A program made the position numbers and the translations under genes. This document shows, piece by piece, positions 25,212-37,359 of a stretch of DNA of 64,000 bases. Within the stretch, counting starts at the first letter, position 1, and each line of letters starts with the position of its first letter. The stretch is taken from positions 310,001-374,000 of the forward strand of contig JADEYG010000005.1 of the NCBI GenBank assembly GCA_016906335.1, written 5' to 3'. The notes beneath the pieces are model-generated. The model saw nothing but the letters and a program-made list of their open reading frames with translations. It had not been told where the DNA came from and searched no databases. The stretch comes from Novakomyces olei. Taxonomy: Eukaryota.

Positions 25212-25966
25212 AACACTGAAATGTGATTGGAACGAGTGACACAAAGCGCTCCAGTCGCGCGCTTTAATAATATTTTAATTATTATGCCTTAATAATCATG
25301 GCCTTGTCTAGTCCTGTCTAGTCCTGCTTTTATGACATAACCAATTTATTGGTACTGTCTCGCTGAATAATCATACAATTATAATAAGCAATTAATCACG
25401 GTCTTTGAATAAGGATAGCGATACAGTTTACTGGCATGCTTATCATCAGCTATCAGGAGGATAGTTCAGCAATGGCAAGTTTGACGTTGACCGCATCTTG
25501 TGCGAATCAGTGACTGGACAGCTCATAGAAATACCATAATCTCAAACTGATCGATACCGCAATTAACGTGATTAAAAGTATTCGCAAAGAGAAACCACAA
25601 ACACCTCTGCCGAGAATCTAGTCGAAATATCATTCTTCCTATCATTCTACCTACGAATGACAGACACTTCCTATTCTGTGCATTAATAATCGTCCGGGAA
25701 GGTATGACGCCATCAAGCGTAAAGTACCCGATAGGGTTTTCTGGCTGAGCGATAAGATTGGAGTCAAGATCAGATTGCGCTCACAGGCGTACAGGTTTGA
25801 ACTTGCACAATTGACTTGCTACAGTTTGTATTTGTCTCACTACAATCTACACAATTGACGGCCATTTTCAAAAGTAATTCACAGTTGAAACGTACGAGGA
25901 AAAAAAAAAAAGAACGTTCAATCGACTCGGAATAGTCACTATCTGCTACTTTTCATTTCTTTCAAT

Positions 25967-26653
25967 TTAAGCATTGAAACGCTTCTCTGCCTCTTTCCAG
26001 TTGATGACGGACCAGATGTTTTTAAAGTACTCGGCCTTGTTGTTTTGGTAGTCGATATAGTAGGCATGCTCCCAGGCATCAATGCCGATAAGAGCAGTTC
26101 CCGTAGTGACAGGGTCCTGGTTGGGCGAAGTAGTTACGACCAGCTCTCCCGAGGGCTCCTTCACCAACCAGCCCCATCCGGAGCCTTGGATACCGGCAAG
26201 AGCGCCATTGAACTCCTTGATAAGTCCATCTGGAGATCCAAAGTACTTGTCGATCGCCTGGCGGAACGCTCCGCTCTCAGGAACTTGACCTCCGCCCTCG
26301 GATCGCGGGGCCATGTTGGTCCAGAACAAAGAGTGGTTAATATGCCCGCCACCGTTGAACTTGATAGCCGCCTGCAGAGCGATTTGCTGCTTGACATCGT
26401 TGGCTTTAACAGCGGCAGCGAGCTTCTCAGAGGCAGCATTGTAGTTGTTGACATAGGTCTGATGATGCTTTGTGTGGTGCAGAGTCATAATTGTCTTGGA
26501 GATTGCGGGCTCAAGCGCATCGTAGGCGTAAGGGAGCGGTGGTAGTGTGGCGGCCATAGCAGCAGTTGATACGGAAAAGTAACGGGGCGAAGAGAGAGCG
26601 GGTTTAGTCAATGATCGAAGTACACTGCCGATACGTGCAGTGTTCCCGATCAT
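25967..26653 (-). CDS. SOD2: Mitochondrial Mn superoxide dismutase
   Basis: Arg/Ser-rich presequence, LHHTKHHQTYV, FNGGGHINH, DAWEHAYY. Intronless. Confidence 0.97.
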   Translation of the reverse strand: MIGNTARIGSVLRSLTKPALSSPRYFSVSTAAMAATLPPLPYAYDALEPAISKTIMTLHHTKHHQTYVNNYNAASEKLAAAVKANDVKQQIALQAAIKFNGGGHINHSLFWTNMAPRSEGGGQVPESGAFRQAIDKYFGSPDGLIKEFNGALAGIQGSGWGWLVKEPSGELVVTTSPNQDPVTTGTALIGIDAWEHAYYIDYQNNKAEYFKNIWSVINWKEAEKRFNA

Positions 26654-27712
26654 AAAAATTGCTGTGAAAAGGCAGGAGATGCTTCCAATCTGCCTCTGCC
26701 AAGTTGATTTGCTGTACGCTTGACTATACTATCCGCGCTGGGTTCCGGCTCTATTTATACGGTACTGTGGGACCCCCACAAACGACAGGGTTTTCTCGGG
26801 GATTGCGTGCATGGAGACAATGTATACGGATTCTACAGGCGAATGGATCTCATACCAGATGTCTGGCGAGCGCGCGGTATAACGAACGAACACGAGCTGG
26901 CTTGAACGAATGACACTTGAATGCTGGAAACCGTACAATTATTAGCCGGTCTATACTATACACAAGCATCTGCACTTATCGTGAGGCACTTTGCCTTTAA
27001 CGCAGCCAATTGGTGAGTAAACCCACCAAGGTTTGAAATGTATCATATACTTTTCCAACGGTTTCTATGGGTAATAGCATTATTGGGTAGGCTTGTGATG
27101 TAATTCGTTATAAATTGCAATACGCTATGCTATATACGACGCACGAGATTTATATTTATTTTAGACTTATATTTAATGAACAGTCATTGCGACTGTTCAT
27201 TTATGATATTTTGTACGATAATACTCTATTACTAAAATTTCGAACATATAATTATTAATACTAGTCTGTCCCGTTTTCCCCATAATAAGCGAGATGCTGC
27301 TCAGATATTATGTGTCAGTATATGGATACACTAGGGAAAAAACCGCAGTATTGCAATATCACAAAGTATGTCAATGTCCAAATAAAAGACCAAATTGATA
27401 TAGTTGCTCTTGATAAAGGCAATCTTGATAATGCTCATTTCTCCACTGACCCAATGCCAAACAATTGCGAACATTATCCTTCTATCTATCAGACACAAAT
27501 TTATAGAGCCAATAGCACAGCTATAGCCTACGAGTGCTCTACGACACGCAGTTTGCCCGTCAATTCTTGCCACAATAGTTTAAACGCCGTATACGAGAGA
27601 ATTTAGAGTGATAGTACACAAGAGCCGGCTCAATGATAAACGCAGAGTGGCTCGGCAGGTAGAAACCCTACCAATATCATCACAAGAACAGACACACATG
27701 GTATTAGCCAGT

Positions 27713-28638
27713 CTACTCCAGGAGCATGTTTATAGCGCGCTCGAGATTCCCTCCAGCATCGGCCAAAGCCCTCTCTGCTTGCGGTCTCGACACGTCCAAG
27801 ACACCCATCAGCCGTTCCACATCGTGATCATTTACACTGGAAGGAACATTAGGGGCAACAAAAGAGGAGATTGGATTAGCGCCATCCTGAGAATCAGCAG
27901 CCGATCCTCCGTTAGAAGCCTCCTCCTCTGCTCCCGTAAACTCTTCCTGCGCAGTTGAGCCCACACGCCACGGCAATCGGTACCGTGGCCGATGACGTCG
28001 CCAAGCCCACGCAAAGAACCATCCCAGGGTTGCTGCGGCAACCGAGTGCACATTCCCCGTGCAAGCCTGGACAGCGCTGATGTAAACAAACATTTTATCA
28101 CTGCCCCAAATGGGCACGTTCTTGCGACGGTACGGGGATAGATTAAAGAGGACCGTGCGCGGGACCAACGCCCTAAACTGATACACTAGAGCAGACAAAA
28201 CAAGAGCGGGCCCACTGCCGCGTAAGCCAAAGAGCGCTAAAAGCTGTGACAAGGCCGCTGCGCTTGAAACGTACACCAAAAACTGATCACTGCCCCAAGC
28301 GCGTTCAACGCACCTGCCAACATCGTAAAGCGCAACTGTCCCAAACAAAAGCTCACCAGAGTTAATATACCCTATGGGCAACTGTACCATCAGCATTGAC
28401 GTGAACCACACTAGTCGGCCAGTTTTTGCAGCATGAATATAGCGATTCAGGTCGGAAAAACCAGCATCCTCTACCGGACTTACACGATACAGTATGCCTT
28501 TGGCATCAATGACGGAAAACAGGACCGAGCTTGTGACTGAAACAAGTGTCAGCCACTTTGTTACGGGCGCACCATCGAAACCTTTTGATTAGTTTTGAGT
28601 TGGGATCGAGGTTTACCAGACGGCGTTGGCACAAACAT
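27713..28638 (-). CDS. DSC2: Rhomboid-like pseudoprotease with C-terminal UBA domain (Dsc2/UBAC2)
   Basis: ATG 28638; a 35-nt intron 28582-28616 gives SGFDGAPVTKWL. Also ERAWGS, SDKMFVY and a C-terminal UBA (VERLMGVLDVSRPQAERALADAGGNLERAINML). Confidence 0.8.
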
Positions 28639-28869
28639 GAGACGCGATGCATGTGGTTGTCTAGTTGGTCGTATAATAAATGTAATAAATATAAAATATA
28701 AAATATAATAAATATAATTATATAAAAAGTATTTATATTAATTCCTGTAGATATTTATTCTATTTATAATATTATTTTAAACATTTCATTTATTTAATTA
28801 TATATATATGTTTATAGATGAGATAATTAGCATCTAATTATCAACGTCCATTGTATATACTACGAGAGA

Positions 28870-31034
28870 ATGGCACGGTGGCTCGCCATTCGACGCCGGC
28901 GCCGGCGCCTCGTGCGTTTCATCACTGATCGGCTATCCTGGGCAAAGTTTCTTTTTGCTTTAATCGGTGTTCTATGGCTGTTTTACCTGCCATTGGAGTC
29001 AACACAATTATCTCTTACACGACCCTCCGAAAACGCCTTACTCCCGGGCCAAGTAAATACGTACTTTGGCGCAACAGAGACGGCTGCGCTCCAGGATGCT
29101 TACGCTCTGCTGCAATCGACTGAAAGGTATTTGGTTTTGTTTTTGTTTTTGTTTTTTTTTGGCTGAGTTTCGTCTGATAAAGTAGGCAAATTCTGGAGCA
29201 AGTGTTTGAGACAATGGGGTTGCGGTACAGTGTGCAACACTATACTATTACTGATAGTACGGTCACGTCCGGTACAAACTTTTACGCTGTTCTGGAAGCG
29301 CCTCGTGGTGACGGAACCGAGAGCCTTTTACTAGTAGCCCCGTGGGTTGATATGCGTGGAGATGGTATGATTTGATACTTCGCACAAAGATATACATCTG
29401 TTTCTAAAAGATACCGCTTTCGTTCAGTACGCGTCAAGTCGTCTATTGTTAAAATTTGACACTGTGTTTGGTGTATCTAATAATGCAGACAACCGCGCAG
29501 CTGTAGCCCTCGTTATCGCTTTGGCCCGATACTTTAATAGTAGGTTAACTAATTATTTATTTATTTCTATCTATCTATTCATTCATTCATTCATTCATTC
29601 TAAATGACAGAACTTTCACTATGGTCAAAAGACATCATCATCCTCTTTTCCGAAGACCCGACAAAAGGCATGTCGGCTTTCCTAGCAGCATACTATGACG
29701 AAATGCGTGGAAGTATCGCATCTTCGCCTTTGGCATTCAAAGCCGGGTCTATCCAGGCCGCAATTTCGGTAGAACTGCCCTTTTCTGAAGCCTTTACCGG
29801 TGTAGAAATCGTTTACGAGGGAGTGAATGGTCAATTGCCCAATCTTGATCTTATTTATACTGCCCTGCACGTCCTCAAGTACCAGTTTAGTGTACCAGTT
29901 TTCGTCCAAGGCTCTTGTTCTATTGCTCCCACCTCTTCTTCATACGCTTCCAGGTTTGCGACAATGCTAAAGGGCATGCTGGTTCAAGCACCGGGCAATT
30001 CTACCGGTGCTCATAGTGTGGCAATCCCGTACAGAATCGATGCCGTTACACTCCGAGCACTTCGTATTCCAGGCCAAGCAGAACATCATCCTTATGTCTT
30101 TGGCATGGCGATTGAGGGCATCATGCGATCCCTAAATAACCTGCTCGAGCATTTGCACCAGAGCTTTTTTCTTTACCTGCTACTGGGAACAGGTTCCTTT
30201 GTCAGTGTTGGGATGTACCTTCCATCGGCAATGCTAGTGGCCTCTGCCTATTCTATCCAGGCAGTCTGTGACTATATCGAGGGCGAGAAGAAAGCAGCCG
30301 GCTGCTTTAGACCCGCTTTTGCTGCTGGTGTCTTTCTTTACCTTGCTGCTTATTCTATTGCTTTTTCATTTACCGGGCTGCTTTTTTACCTGGCTGCTAA
30401 CAGTAGCCAAAATCGAGTTTCCTCTTCTTGGATTTTCATTATCTCTGTGCAATTTGTGCTGCTACTATTGGCTTTTGCCTTTGGGGTCTACTTTGCATCT
30501 TCTCAGCGCACAAGTCGTTTGGATGCCCGCTGTAAAAAATCAGCACTCTGTTTTCTCTCCTGTTTTTCCCGATTAACCCTCGGTGCGAGCCTGAGTTCAG
30601 TCGCCACGCTAAACTATCCGCTGGCACTTTTGGCCGGATTACTGGCACTGCCTATAATGCTTGTTCCAAGGGGGAACAGATCAAGGCTTTTCCGGTCAGT
30701 TTGTGCCCTTTTTATCGTCGTCTTTAGCAATCCTCAGTTTGCCTTGCAGGCAAGTGCTCGCTTCCTCGTGCCCTCGAGCGTCTTACAAGACATACACGAT
30801 CAGGGACTGTCCCTGTGGCCTGGGCCGGCAGAGTTTGTTGTTGCTTGTTATAACGACTGGAAAGTGCAAAGCTCATGGGTTTTGCCTGCTGTTGTATACT
30901 TTATGTGGCTGCCTGCGTACCTTTGTGCGATTGTTATTCTCGCCGCCTCTTTCTACCTTGAAGGCGAGGAAAATACGATCCCCGAAGGCGATCATGACCC
31001 GCAGCAAAGTGTTGGAAAATTAAAAGTTTTGTAA
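28870..31034 (+). CDS. GAA1: GPI transamidase subunit Gaa1
   Basis: Introns 29127-29185, 29365-29488, 29540-29610. Motifs SENALLPGQV, APRGDGTE, LWSKDII, NGQLPNLDL, RSLNNLLEHLHQSFFLY. Multi-TM C-terminus ending KLKVL (KxKxx). Confidence 0.95.
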
Positions 31035-31582
31035 TGTTTTTATTGTCTATTCATGCATATACATAATTACGTATACATTTGTGTATATACATTTCATACA
31101 TTTATCATTCTTGTTTGACTTGAACTTGCCGTACGCTTTACGGTTACGTTCAAGTCCTGATCAATCTCGGGGCTCTTACTTTGCATTGCGTCAAAGTACT
31201 AATGATTTGTTTATAGATTATGGGACACAATAGAGGGTTTATTTATTATAATAATTGAATATACGTAAACATTGTTTGCTTGCCCAACATGAAATTAAAA
31301 AAAATAATAATAAATAAATAAATAAACAGTATCGAATAGTTTGGTTGCTCATTATCGCCTATACAATCTAACATTTTACACTTTGAAAAACATATACATA
31401 CTTATTCTTAAACTGCGCGTACTTCTACGGCTATAATTATTTTAAAATCTGCTCTTTCTATACTCTGTAAATTTCCAGATGAACTTTATGAATCGCACTT
31501 TTTCTCACTTTTTTCGGCATTAAAGTTATAATCACCTGATGTCTGGAATAATATACACATTTGTGTGCACAATGGCACGTAT

Positions 31583-34390
31583 TCACTTATTCAAACGCTG
31601 AAAAATATCGTCTAGAGCACAGGGCTTGAAGTTGTCCCTGTCACGGGGATCCTGAGCCCAAATAATATCGCCATGGAGATATAATAGCACTCCTCCTGTG
31701 CCCGCAGCAGACGCAGTAATACGGTACAATGGCTCACCTGTTTCAGCGTGAGCCTTGCGAGTCGGAACGAGTAGCAGATCATGATCAGCGCAAAAAGTTT
31801 CAACAATATCCCGGAACATTAGCTCTGCATTTTCCTCATCGGCAGGAGGCAGACGTGAAAATGAAGAATCTTTGCCAGTGGAAGGCACTTTCTTCTTTGG
31901 CCGTGGAGGTCCGGCAACAGGAGCCTTGAGCTTTGTAGCCGCTTCTGCTCCCAAATCCAGAGATCTGTTCATCATATCAAGGCCCTTACGAAACTCGCCC
32001 TGTACTAGAGGCAAATGCACAATTTCTTCGGGAATAATCGTCTGCCACCATTGGTACCATTGGCCAACTTGCTCATAATTGGGTTCGTTTGTAAGCCAGA
32101 GGAAAAGCACATTAAGCCACTGAGGGAAAAATTCGGTCTCCAAGAGCTGAGCAAACACAGAAGGCCGAAAAAGCGTCCGCCATTCCAACACTGAATCAAA
32201 AACTTGCAGTTCCTGATCCGCTGGGTTTATGACAAAATCAGTCCGCAGACAATTTGCTAATTTCGGGAGAATATTACGGATTAGTAACTGCTCAAATTCT
32301 CCCTTTCCAAGCACTTGAGCCCAGACTTTGAGGTCAGATGGATGGCAATTTGCAGATGAAGCTTTCAGCGAAATGATTGGCCATGAACGTAAAGTGCTGC
32401 CCAGTTTGCGCCGAATAAGGTCCATTAGTTCTGTGGTTGTTTGTGCATTTAAGCGACTAACCCCCAGCCAGGGAAAGATCCACGTGTCAGGGTGACCGGG
32501 ATTGTCATCGTCATTATCATTATCAACATTATTCTTAATTTTAACATCGTCATCACTTTTAAGATCGGTTTTATTTATTTTCTTCTTTTTTGCTGGAGTC
32601 CAGGAGGCCAACGCAAGACGCAATTTAGGAACAATAGACTGCTCCAGTAGATTTTGGTATACAAAGCCTGGAATTATATCGCTCCAAGCATCGAGCAGAG
32701 TAAGAACTGACCAGCTGTCTTGCACAGGATCCCAATCGTTATTAATTGCCGCTCGGACTTTAGGTAGCCAGCACCAGTAAATAAAGGATTCGTAATGAGT
32801 AGCGTACCGTCGAGAAGATGAGGAGCCACCATTGGTACCTTCTAATGCAGCTGATTGAGGGTCAAGTTCGATTAAAAGCAGCTGGCGATTTCTGTATATC
32901 GCTTCACGGTACAGAAAAGGATCATTTAATGGATCCCAATCGGCCAGTGCTTTTTGCATCTGTGGAGCCAATGCGCCTACAGCCACTTCATCCAGCTCAA
33001 GCTGTTCCTTTTCTCCTCCAAAAGAAATGTATAGAGCTTCCATTGTCTGTGAAATAGCAGCAACATCGTCGTTAACTTTAGATTTAGACTTTGTACTTGC
33101 TTTATCGTCGTCAACGTCAATCTGCCGCACGTTTGCTACGGCATTTTTGCTGCTTGTCTCCGCATGTTTCATAATCAATGCTTTCACCTGCCCGATAACA
33201 GCTTCAAGGCGCTGAATCTTTTGCGAGTACTCGTCCAGTTCGATTGTCAAGTTCTCCGATTCCATATCCACGTACTTTTTTCTAGCCTGTAACGTCTCCC
33301 ATTCCTGCATGTACCGTTCAACATCAGCTCGAGCCATTTGTCCCAGCTTTACAATCTCCGGGTCCTGTCCCAGAGTCAGATCGGATTGTATGGCTATCCG
33401 ACCATCTGCTGCCTCGATCTGCTGCGCTTGAGGCCCCGTCATATCAATCAGACTTGAAAGCGTTTTGGGCAGGTGAATTTCTCCCTTAGTTGCCTCTTCA
33501 ATATCGTGACTCGTCTTGTACCGAGTCTTGGGCAAATTACTGCGCCTTTGAGCAAACACTTTTTTGTTGTGTCTATTTGCTCTCCCTCTCGATTCTTGGT
33601 CTTCTTCATCCGAAGAAATCTGGCCCTGCCGCCTGGCCTCCTCACGTGCCTGCTGTGTCTTTTCCTTAATAGTTCCCAACCCCGCTCGCTCTGGCCGCAG
33701 TTTTGTTTCTATCGGCTTCACTATACCTTGTCCAGCCGAACCCAGCCCTTGACCGGAAACATAACCCAGTTTTTCCATCATTTTGGCCCCCAATCCAGAC
33801 GTGTTGAACGCCATCTTTGTGAAGGGCTTGGCAGGTTGGATTCTACCGGCAAAGGGTTTGTTAGGGTTTGTTTCATTCAGTAAAGGCCCGGGCTCGTTTC
33901 CAACTCTACTATTTAGATCCGTTCCTGTGGGGCGGTTTGCCTTCAAGCGCTGCTGTACATTGACAGGCTGATCCTTTCCGAAGTTCAGAGGCTGGCGACT
34001 GTCCGCGCCCGGCTCTTTGACCGCTTGATGTGATTGATCTGCTGGAACTGTGGCACTTTGATTAGTGCCATCAACCGAGCTTTTACCGGTATTATTTGTC
34101 TGCATCTCTACCGCGTCTTCCACCGGCCTCGGAAATTTCTCTTCATTGACTTTATTTACGAAATTAACGCCCTTGTACCTCAGCACCTTATGATTCAAAC
34201 GGCCATCTTGCTCATCGTCCTCTGCAAAGACTCCCAGCATTGCATCTGTTTTGGCGTCTGTTACGCGCCGTCTTTTGCGTGAAATCGAATTAAACTCATC
34301 AGCAGAACCTCCTTCATCACTCGAAGGATAAGACGGTTCATCAGACTCCTCGTCTGAACTGTCTGGCGCGAAGCCCAGCCCGCCAGGCAT
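31583..34390 (-). CDS. NTR1: G-patch spliceosome disassembly factor TFIP11/Ntr1 (Spp382)
   Basis: G-patch GAKMMEKLGYVSGQGLGSAGQGIVKPI, followed by a GCFC-type region (INPADQEL, FFPQWLNVLFLWL). First ATG at 34390; the ORF track starts at an upstream TTG. Confidence 0.9.
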   Translation of the reverse strand: MPGGLGFAPDSSDEESDEPSYPSSDEGGSADEFNSISRKRRRVTDAKTDAMLGVFAEDDEQDGRLNHKVLRYKGVNFVNKVNEEKFPRPVEDAVEMQTNNTGKSSVDGTNQSATVPADQSHQAVKEPGADSRQPLNFGKDQPVNVQQRLKANRPTGTDLNSRVGNEPGPLLNETNPNKPFAGRIQPAKPFTKMAFNTSGLGAKMMEKLGYVSGQGLGSAGQGIVKPIETKLRPERAGLGTIKEKTQQAREEARRQGQISSDEEDQESRGRANRHNKKVFAQRRSNLPKTRYKTSHDIEEATKGEIHLPKTLSSLIDMTGPQAQQIEAADGRIAIQSDLTLGQDPEIVKLGQMARADVERYMQEWETLQARKKYVDMESENLTIELDEYSQKIQRLEAVIGQVKALIMKHAETSSKNAVANVRQIDVDDDKASTKSKSKVNDDVAAISQTMEALYISFGGEKEQLELDEVAVGALAPQMQKALADWDPLNDPFLYREAIYRNRQLLLIELDPQSAALEGTNGGSSSSRRYATHYESFIYWCWLPKVRAAINNDWDPVQDSWSVLTLLDAWSDIIPGFVYQNLLEQSIVPKLRLALASWTPAKKKKINKTDLKSDDDVKIKNNVDNDNDDDNPGHPDTWIFPWLGVSRLNAQTTTELMDLIRRKLGSTLRSWPIISLKASSANCHPSDLKVWAQVLGKGEFEQLLIRNILPKLANCLRTDFVINPADQELQVFDSVLEWRTLFRPSVFAQLLETEFFPQWLNVLFLWLTNEPNYEQVGQWYQWWQTIIPEEIVHLPLVQGEFRKGLDMMNRSLDLGAEAATKLKAPVAGPPRPKKKVPSTGKDSSFSRLPPADEENAELMFRDIVETFCADHDLLLVPTRKAHAETGEPLYRITASAAGTGGVLLYLHGDIIWAQDPRDRDNFKPCALDDIFQRLNK

Positions 34391-34421
34391 CGCGTAAAAG
34401 TCCAGTGCCAACCGTCTTGTA

Positions 34422-34583
34422 ATGAATTATATGAATTATATGAATTATATGAATTATATGAATTATATGAATTATATGAATTATATGAATTATATGAATT
34501 ATATGAATTATATGAATTATATGAATTATATGAATTATATGAATTATATGAATTATATGAATTATATGAATTATATGAATTAT
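34422..34583. repeat. Perfect 9-bp minisatellite (ATGAATTAT)x18
   Basis: 18 exact copies (MNY x18 in the ORF track), ending about 30 bp upstream of the NTR1 ATG. Confidence 0.97.
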
Positions 34584-34759
34584 TTTAATAACCTTATTTA
34601 CACGACGACTGCAACGTCCAAGTTTATCCCATGATTGATGATGATAAACAAACCCTGAACGGCCCTGATTTTACTGGCCTCTCGATTGAATGCAGACTGA
34701 ACTGATTTATCAAATGTAATACAATTTATCTAAGGCGTCCCCATCTCCATTGACGTCAT

Positions 34760-35449
34760 CTATCCAACCATTGTACGCTTCCTTCCACGCAGACGTACAT
34801 CTTCCAGTCGCTTTAATACGGGCCGTGATCCGGAGAAACTGGTACGATAAGCCTGTAAAACAGACTCATGTAAACCTTGACTATTAGGATGAGTGCTGGA
34901 AAATGCGCGTTCCAGAACGTAAAGATCTACGGCCTTGTCCTCATCCATTTTAGATACTTGACCCAGCCCAAAATCGATAAGAACAACATCAGTGCCCCGC
35001 ACCATAATGTTCGATGTGGTTAGATCACCGTGCGTTATATCTGCCGCATGAAGACGCGCCAGCACGACTCCAATGCCCTTCATAAGCTGCTGTAAAGATT
35101 CCAGCTCTTTTTCTTCCATGTGTGCTATATCTCGCGAGCCCAAGAGATCACGAACAGAGATGCCCTCGATCCACTCCATGAAAATAGCGCTTTTACGGTC
35201 GTCAACAGAGAAGAGTGTGGGTACTTGCACACCATAAAGCCGAGCTCGCTGCAGCAATCTTGCCTCTAATAAACATCGCCGCCGCGTTAATTTTGCATCG
35301 AGCACAGGATGCCGATAAGCTTTCCTCGGCCGATATTTAACGAGACACGGCTGACCAGGGAGAAATGTGGTGCGACACACAATCGCCTCTGCACCTTGCT
35401 TAATAATCGTGAAATCCTGCGGCAGAAATTCGCTAATGTCACTGGACAT
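34760..35449 (-). CDS. BUD32: KEOPS/EKC atypical kinase Bud32
   Basis: QGAEA, KAYRHPVLD, HGDLTTSN, IDFGL, EDKAVDLYVLERAF, C-terminal RGRKRTMVG. Confidence 0.97.
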   Translation of the reverse strand: MSSDISEFLPQDFTIIKQGAEAIVCRTTFLPGQPCLVKYRPRKAYRHPVLDAKLTRRRCLLEARLLQRARLYGVQVPTLFSVDDRKSAIFMEWIEGISVRDLLGSRDIAHMEEKELESLQQLMKGIGVVLARLHAADITHGDLTTSNIMVRGTDVVLIDFGLGQVSKMDEDKAVDLYVLERAFSSTHPNSQGLHESVLQAYRTSFSGSRPVLKRLEDVRLRGRKRTMVG

Positions 35450-35666
35450 TATACTGCCAAGGCGCCCGCCCTGTGCAAGGGCAGTTTATATTATTTGTGC
35501 ATATTTATTTAAATTGATATTTATATAAATTAATCAATTTAATTATTAATTAATGGCAAAAGGCCGTTCATTTAAAACTTGAAATAGTTCAATTACTATT
35601 GATTTAATATCAATTATGCAATCCCTCAATGACCGGCATTGAAGTTCGTAAGATTGATAGGTACGA

Positions 35667-37194
35667 ATGACCAGCACTACAGCCAATGAGAAATTTGCAG
35701 ACGAAATAGCACGCTGTGTATTACAAGAATACAGCAAAGGTCCACGTAATGGTCGGCCGACTGTCCGATCAAACGGCGTACAGGAATGGACAACATTAGC
35801 TGGAATCGTTTTATACTCCTCCACTAGCAACCTCACCGAATGTGTGAGTTATGCGTAAGGCTTTGCTTTGCTCTTCAGTGTTTCTTTCTTTGCCTCTTAG
35901 TTTAAATTGATATTAATTTTGTAGCACAGGTGTTCGGTGCGAACCTGCAGAAAGAGTTGAAAGCAATGGTTGTACTCTTCACGACTCGCACGCTGAAGTT
36001 TTGGCGCTGCGTGGGTTCAACAGGTAGACAAAAAAAAAGCCACAAAAAAAACCAAAAAACAAATTAAATAAATAAATAAAAAAAGAGCGCTTTTATTGAT
36101 GAAAAAGGTGGTTAATTCAAGCGGTGCAAAATAAGCATGCCGCTTTGAATAAGAGCGACGGGCGGTATTGCTTGGATCCAGACTGGAAGCTTTGTATGTA
36201 CAGCTCAATGTGTCCTTGTAAGTTGCATTTGATCTTTAGAATTATAATTGGTTGAAAGCCGAGCAGGTTAATCTATGTACGTCAGAAATTTATGCTCTAT
36301 TAATTTGGTCATTCTAATATTTTTTATTTATACAACCTCCTTCCCCCTTCTTAAATGCTGACACGAGCAGGCGGCGATGCCAGTATGGGTCTGGTCATGG
36401 ACCAATGTACAGATGCCACGCCCTGGGACAATAGTTCAAACGAACCCAGCTTCCATCGTGGACGAGCAGACTTTTCCGTCTTGGGCAAAGTTCGCACTAA
36501 ACCAGGCCGTGCAGACTCACCTGTGAGCCTTTCCAAATCTTGCAGTGATAAATTAGCGCTTCGTCAAATTATTTCTTCGCTGATTGCCATAAATGAGGTC
36601 TTATTTGATCCCGTGTACTTTTATATTGATACGCTTGTGCTTCCACAAGACCAAATCGATTCTGACTCTATGGATCGAGCCTTCGTGCTACGTTGTGCTC
36701 CTCTAATGGAAAAGAAATTGGAAGGAAAAAGACGGTTTAAACCCTTCAAAGTTATACCGACAAATTTGAAGTTTTCACATAGCTTTGATGCACATAGTTC
36801 TCCGAGTCCACTTTCACAGGTGTATGTACAGTCTATTGGACATGAAGTGCTAGCGAATGGCCGCCGGCTGGGAACACCAGCAAGGAGCCGAGGCAGTTTA
36901 CGTGCTGCGAGTATACTGAGTCGGCACAAGATGCTCTTGGCTCTGTACTGCCTGTGGCAATTACAGGGGAACAGCGGTCGAATTGGGCCTGAAAGCAAGA
37001 CCATGTCTGGCACTATGGCGGCTCAAAAACAAGCCTTTGTAATACGGGAAGACGAGACTGGCAGATTATCGTACTATGGCACGAAAGCGCGGTTGCTGGA
37101 GAGGCAGCGGCTCAAGAACGAGGCCCTGCATTACTTGACGCCGTGGCCGCATAACGTTCGTGACGAATTTTCAATAGAGACGTCAACTAATTAA
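35667..37194 (+). CDS. TAD1: tRNA-specific adenosine deaminase 1 (ADAT1)
   Basis: Introns 35855-35924, 36024-36107, 36218-36370. Motifs EWTTLAGIV, LHDSHAEVLALRGFNR, PCGDAS, RTKPGRAD, SKSCSDKLA. Confidence 0.92.
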
Positions 37195-37359
37195 ACAAAT
37201 CAGTGTATATATGATCTACTAGCAAGACACGTTCAACACACAATTGGCGTATTTGGATAGTAATAATTCCTCTAAACTCGCTCCATACTATGCAGCATTA
37301 AAGTATATAGCAGACCAAGTCGAGTAAATCCTGTACTTGCTTAAAGTCAAAGTCATGCA

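Noticed and set aside
34422-34634. ORF encoding (MNY)18
   Set aside because: By-product of the 9-bp minisatellite.
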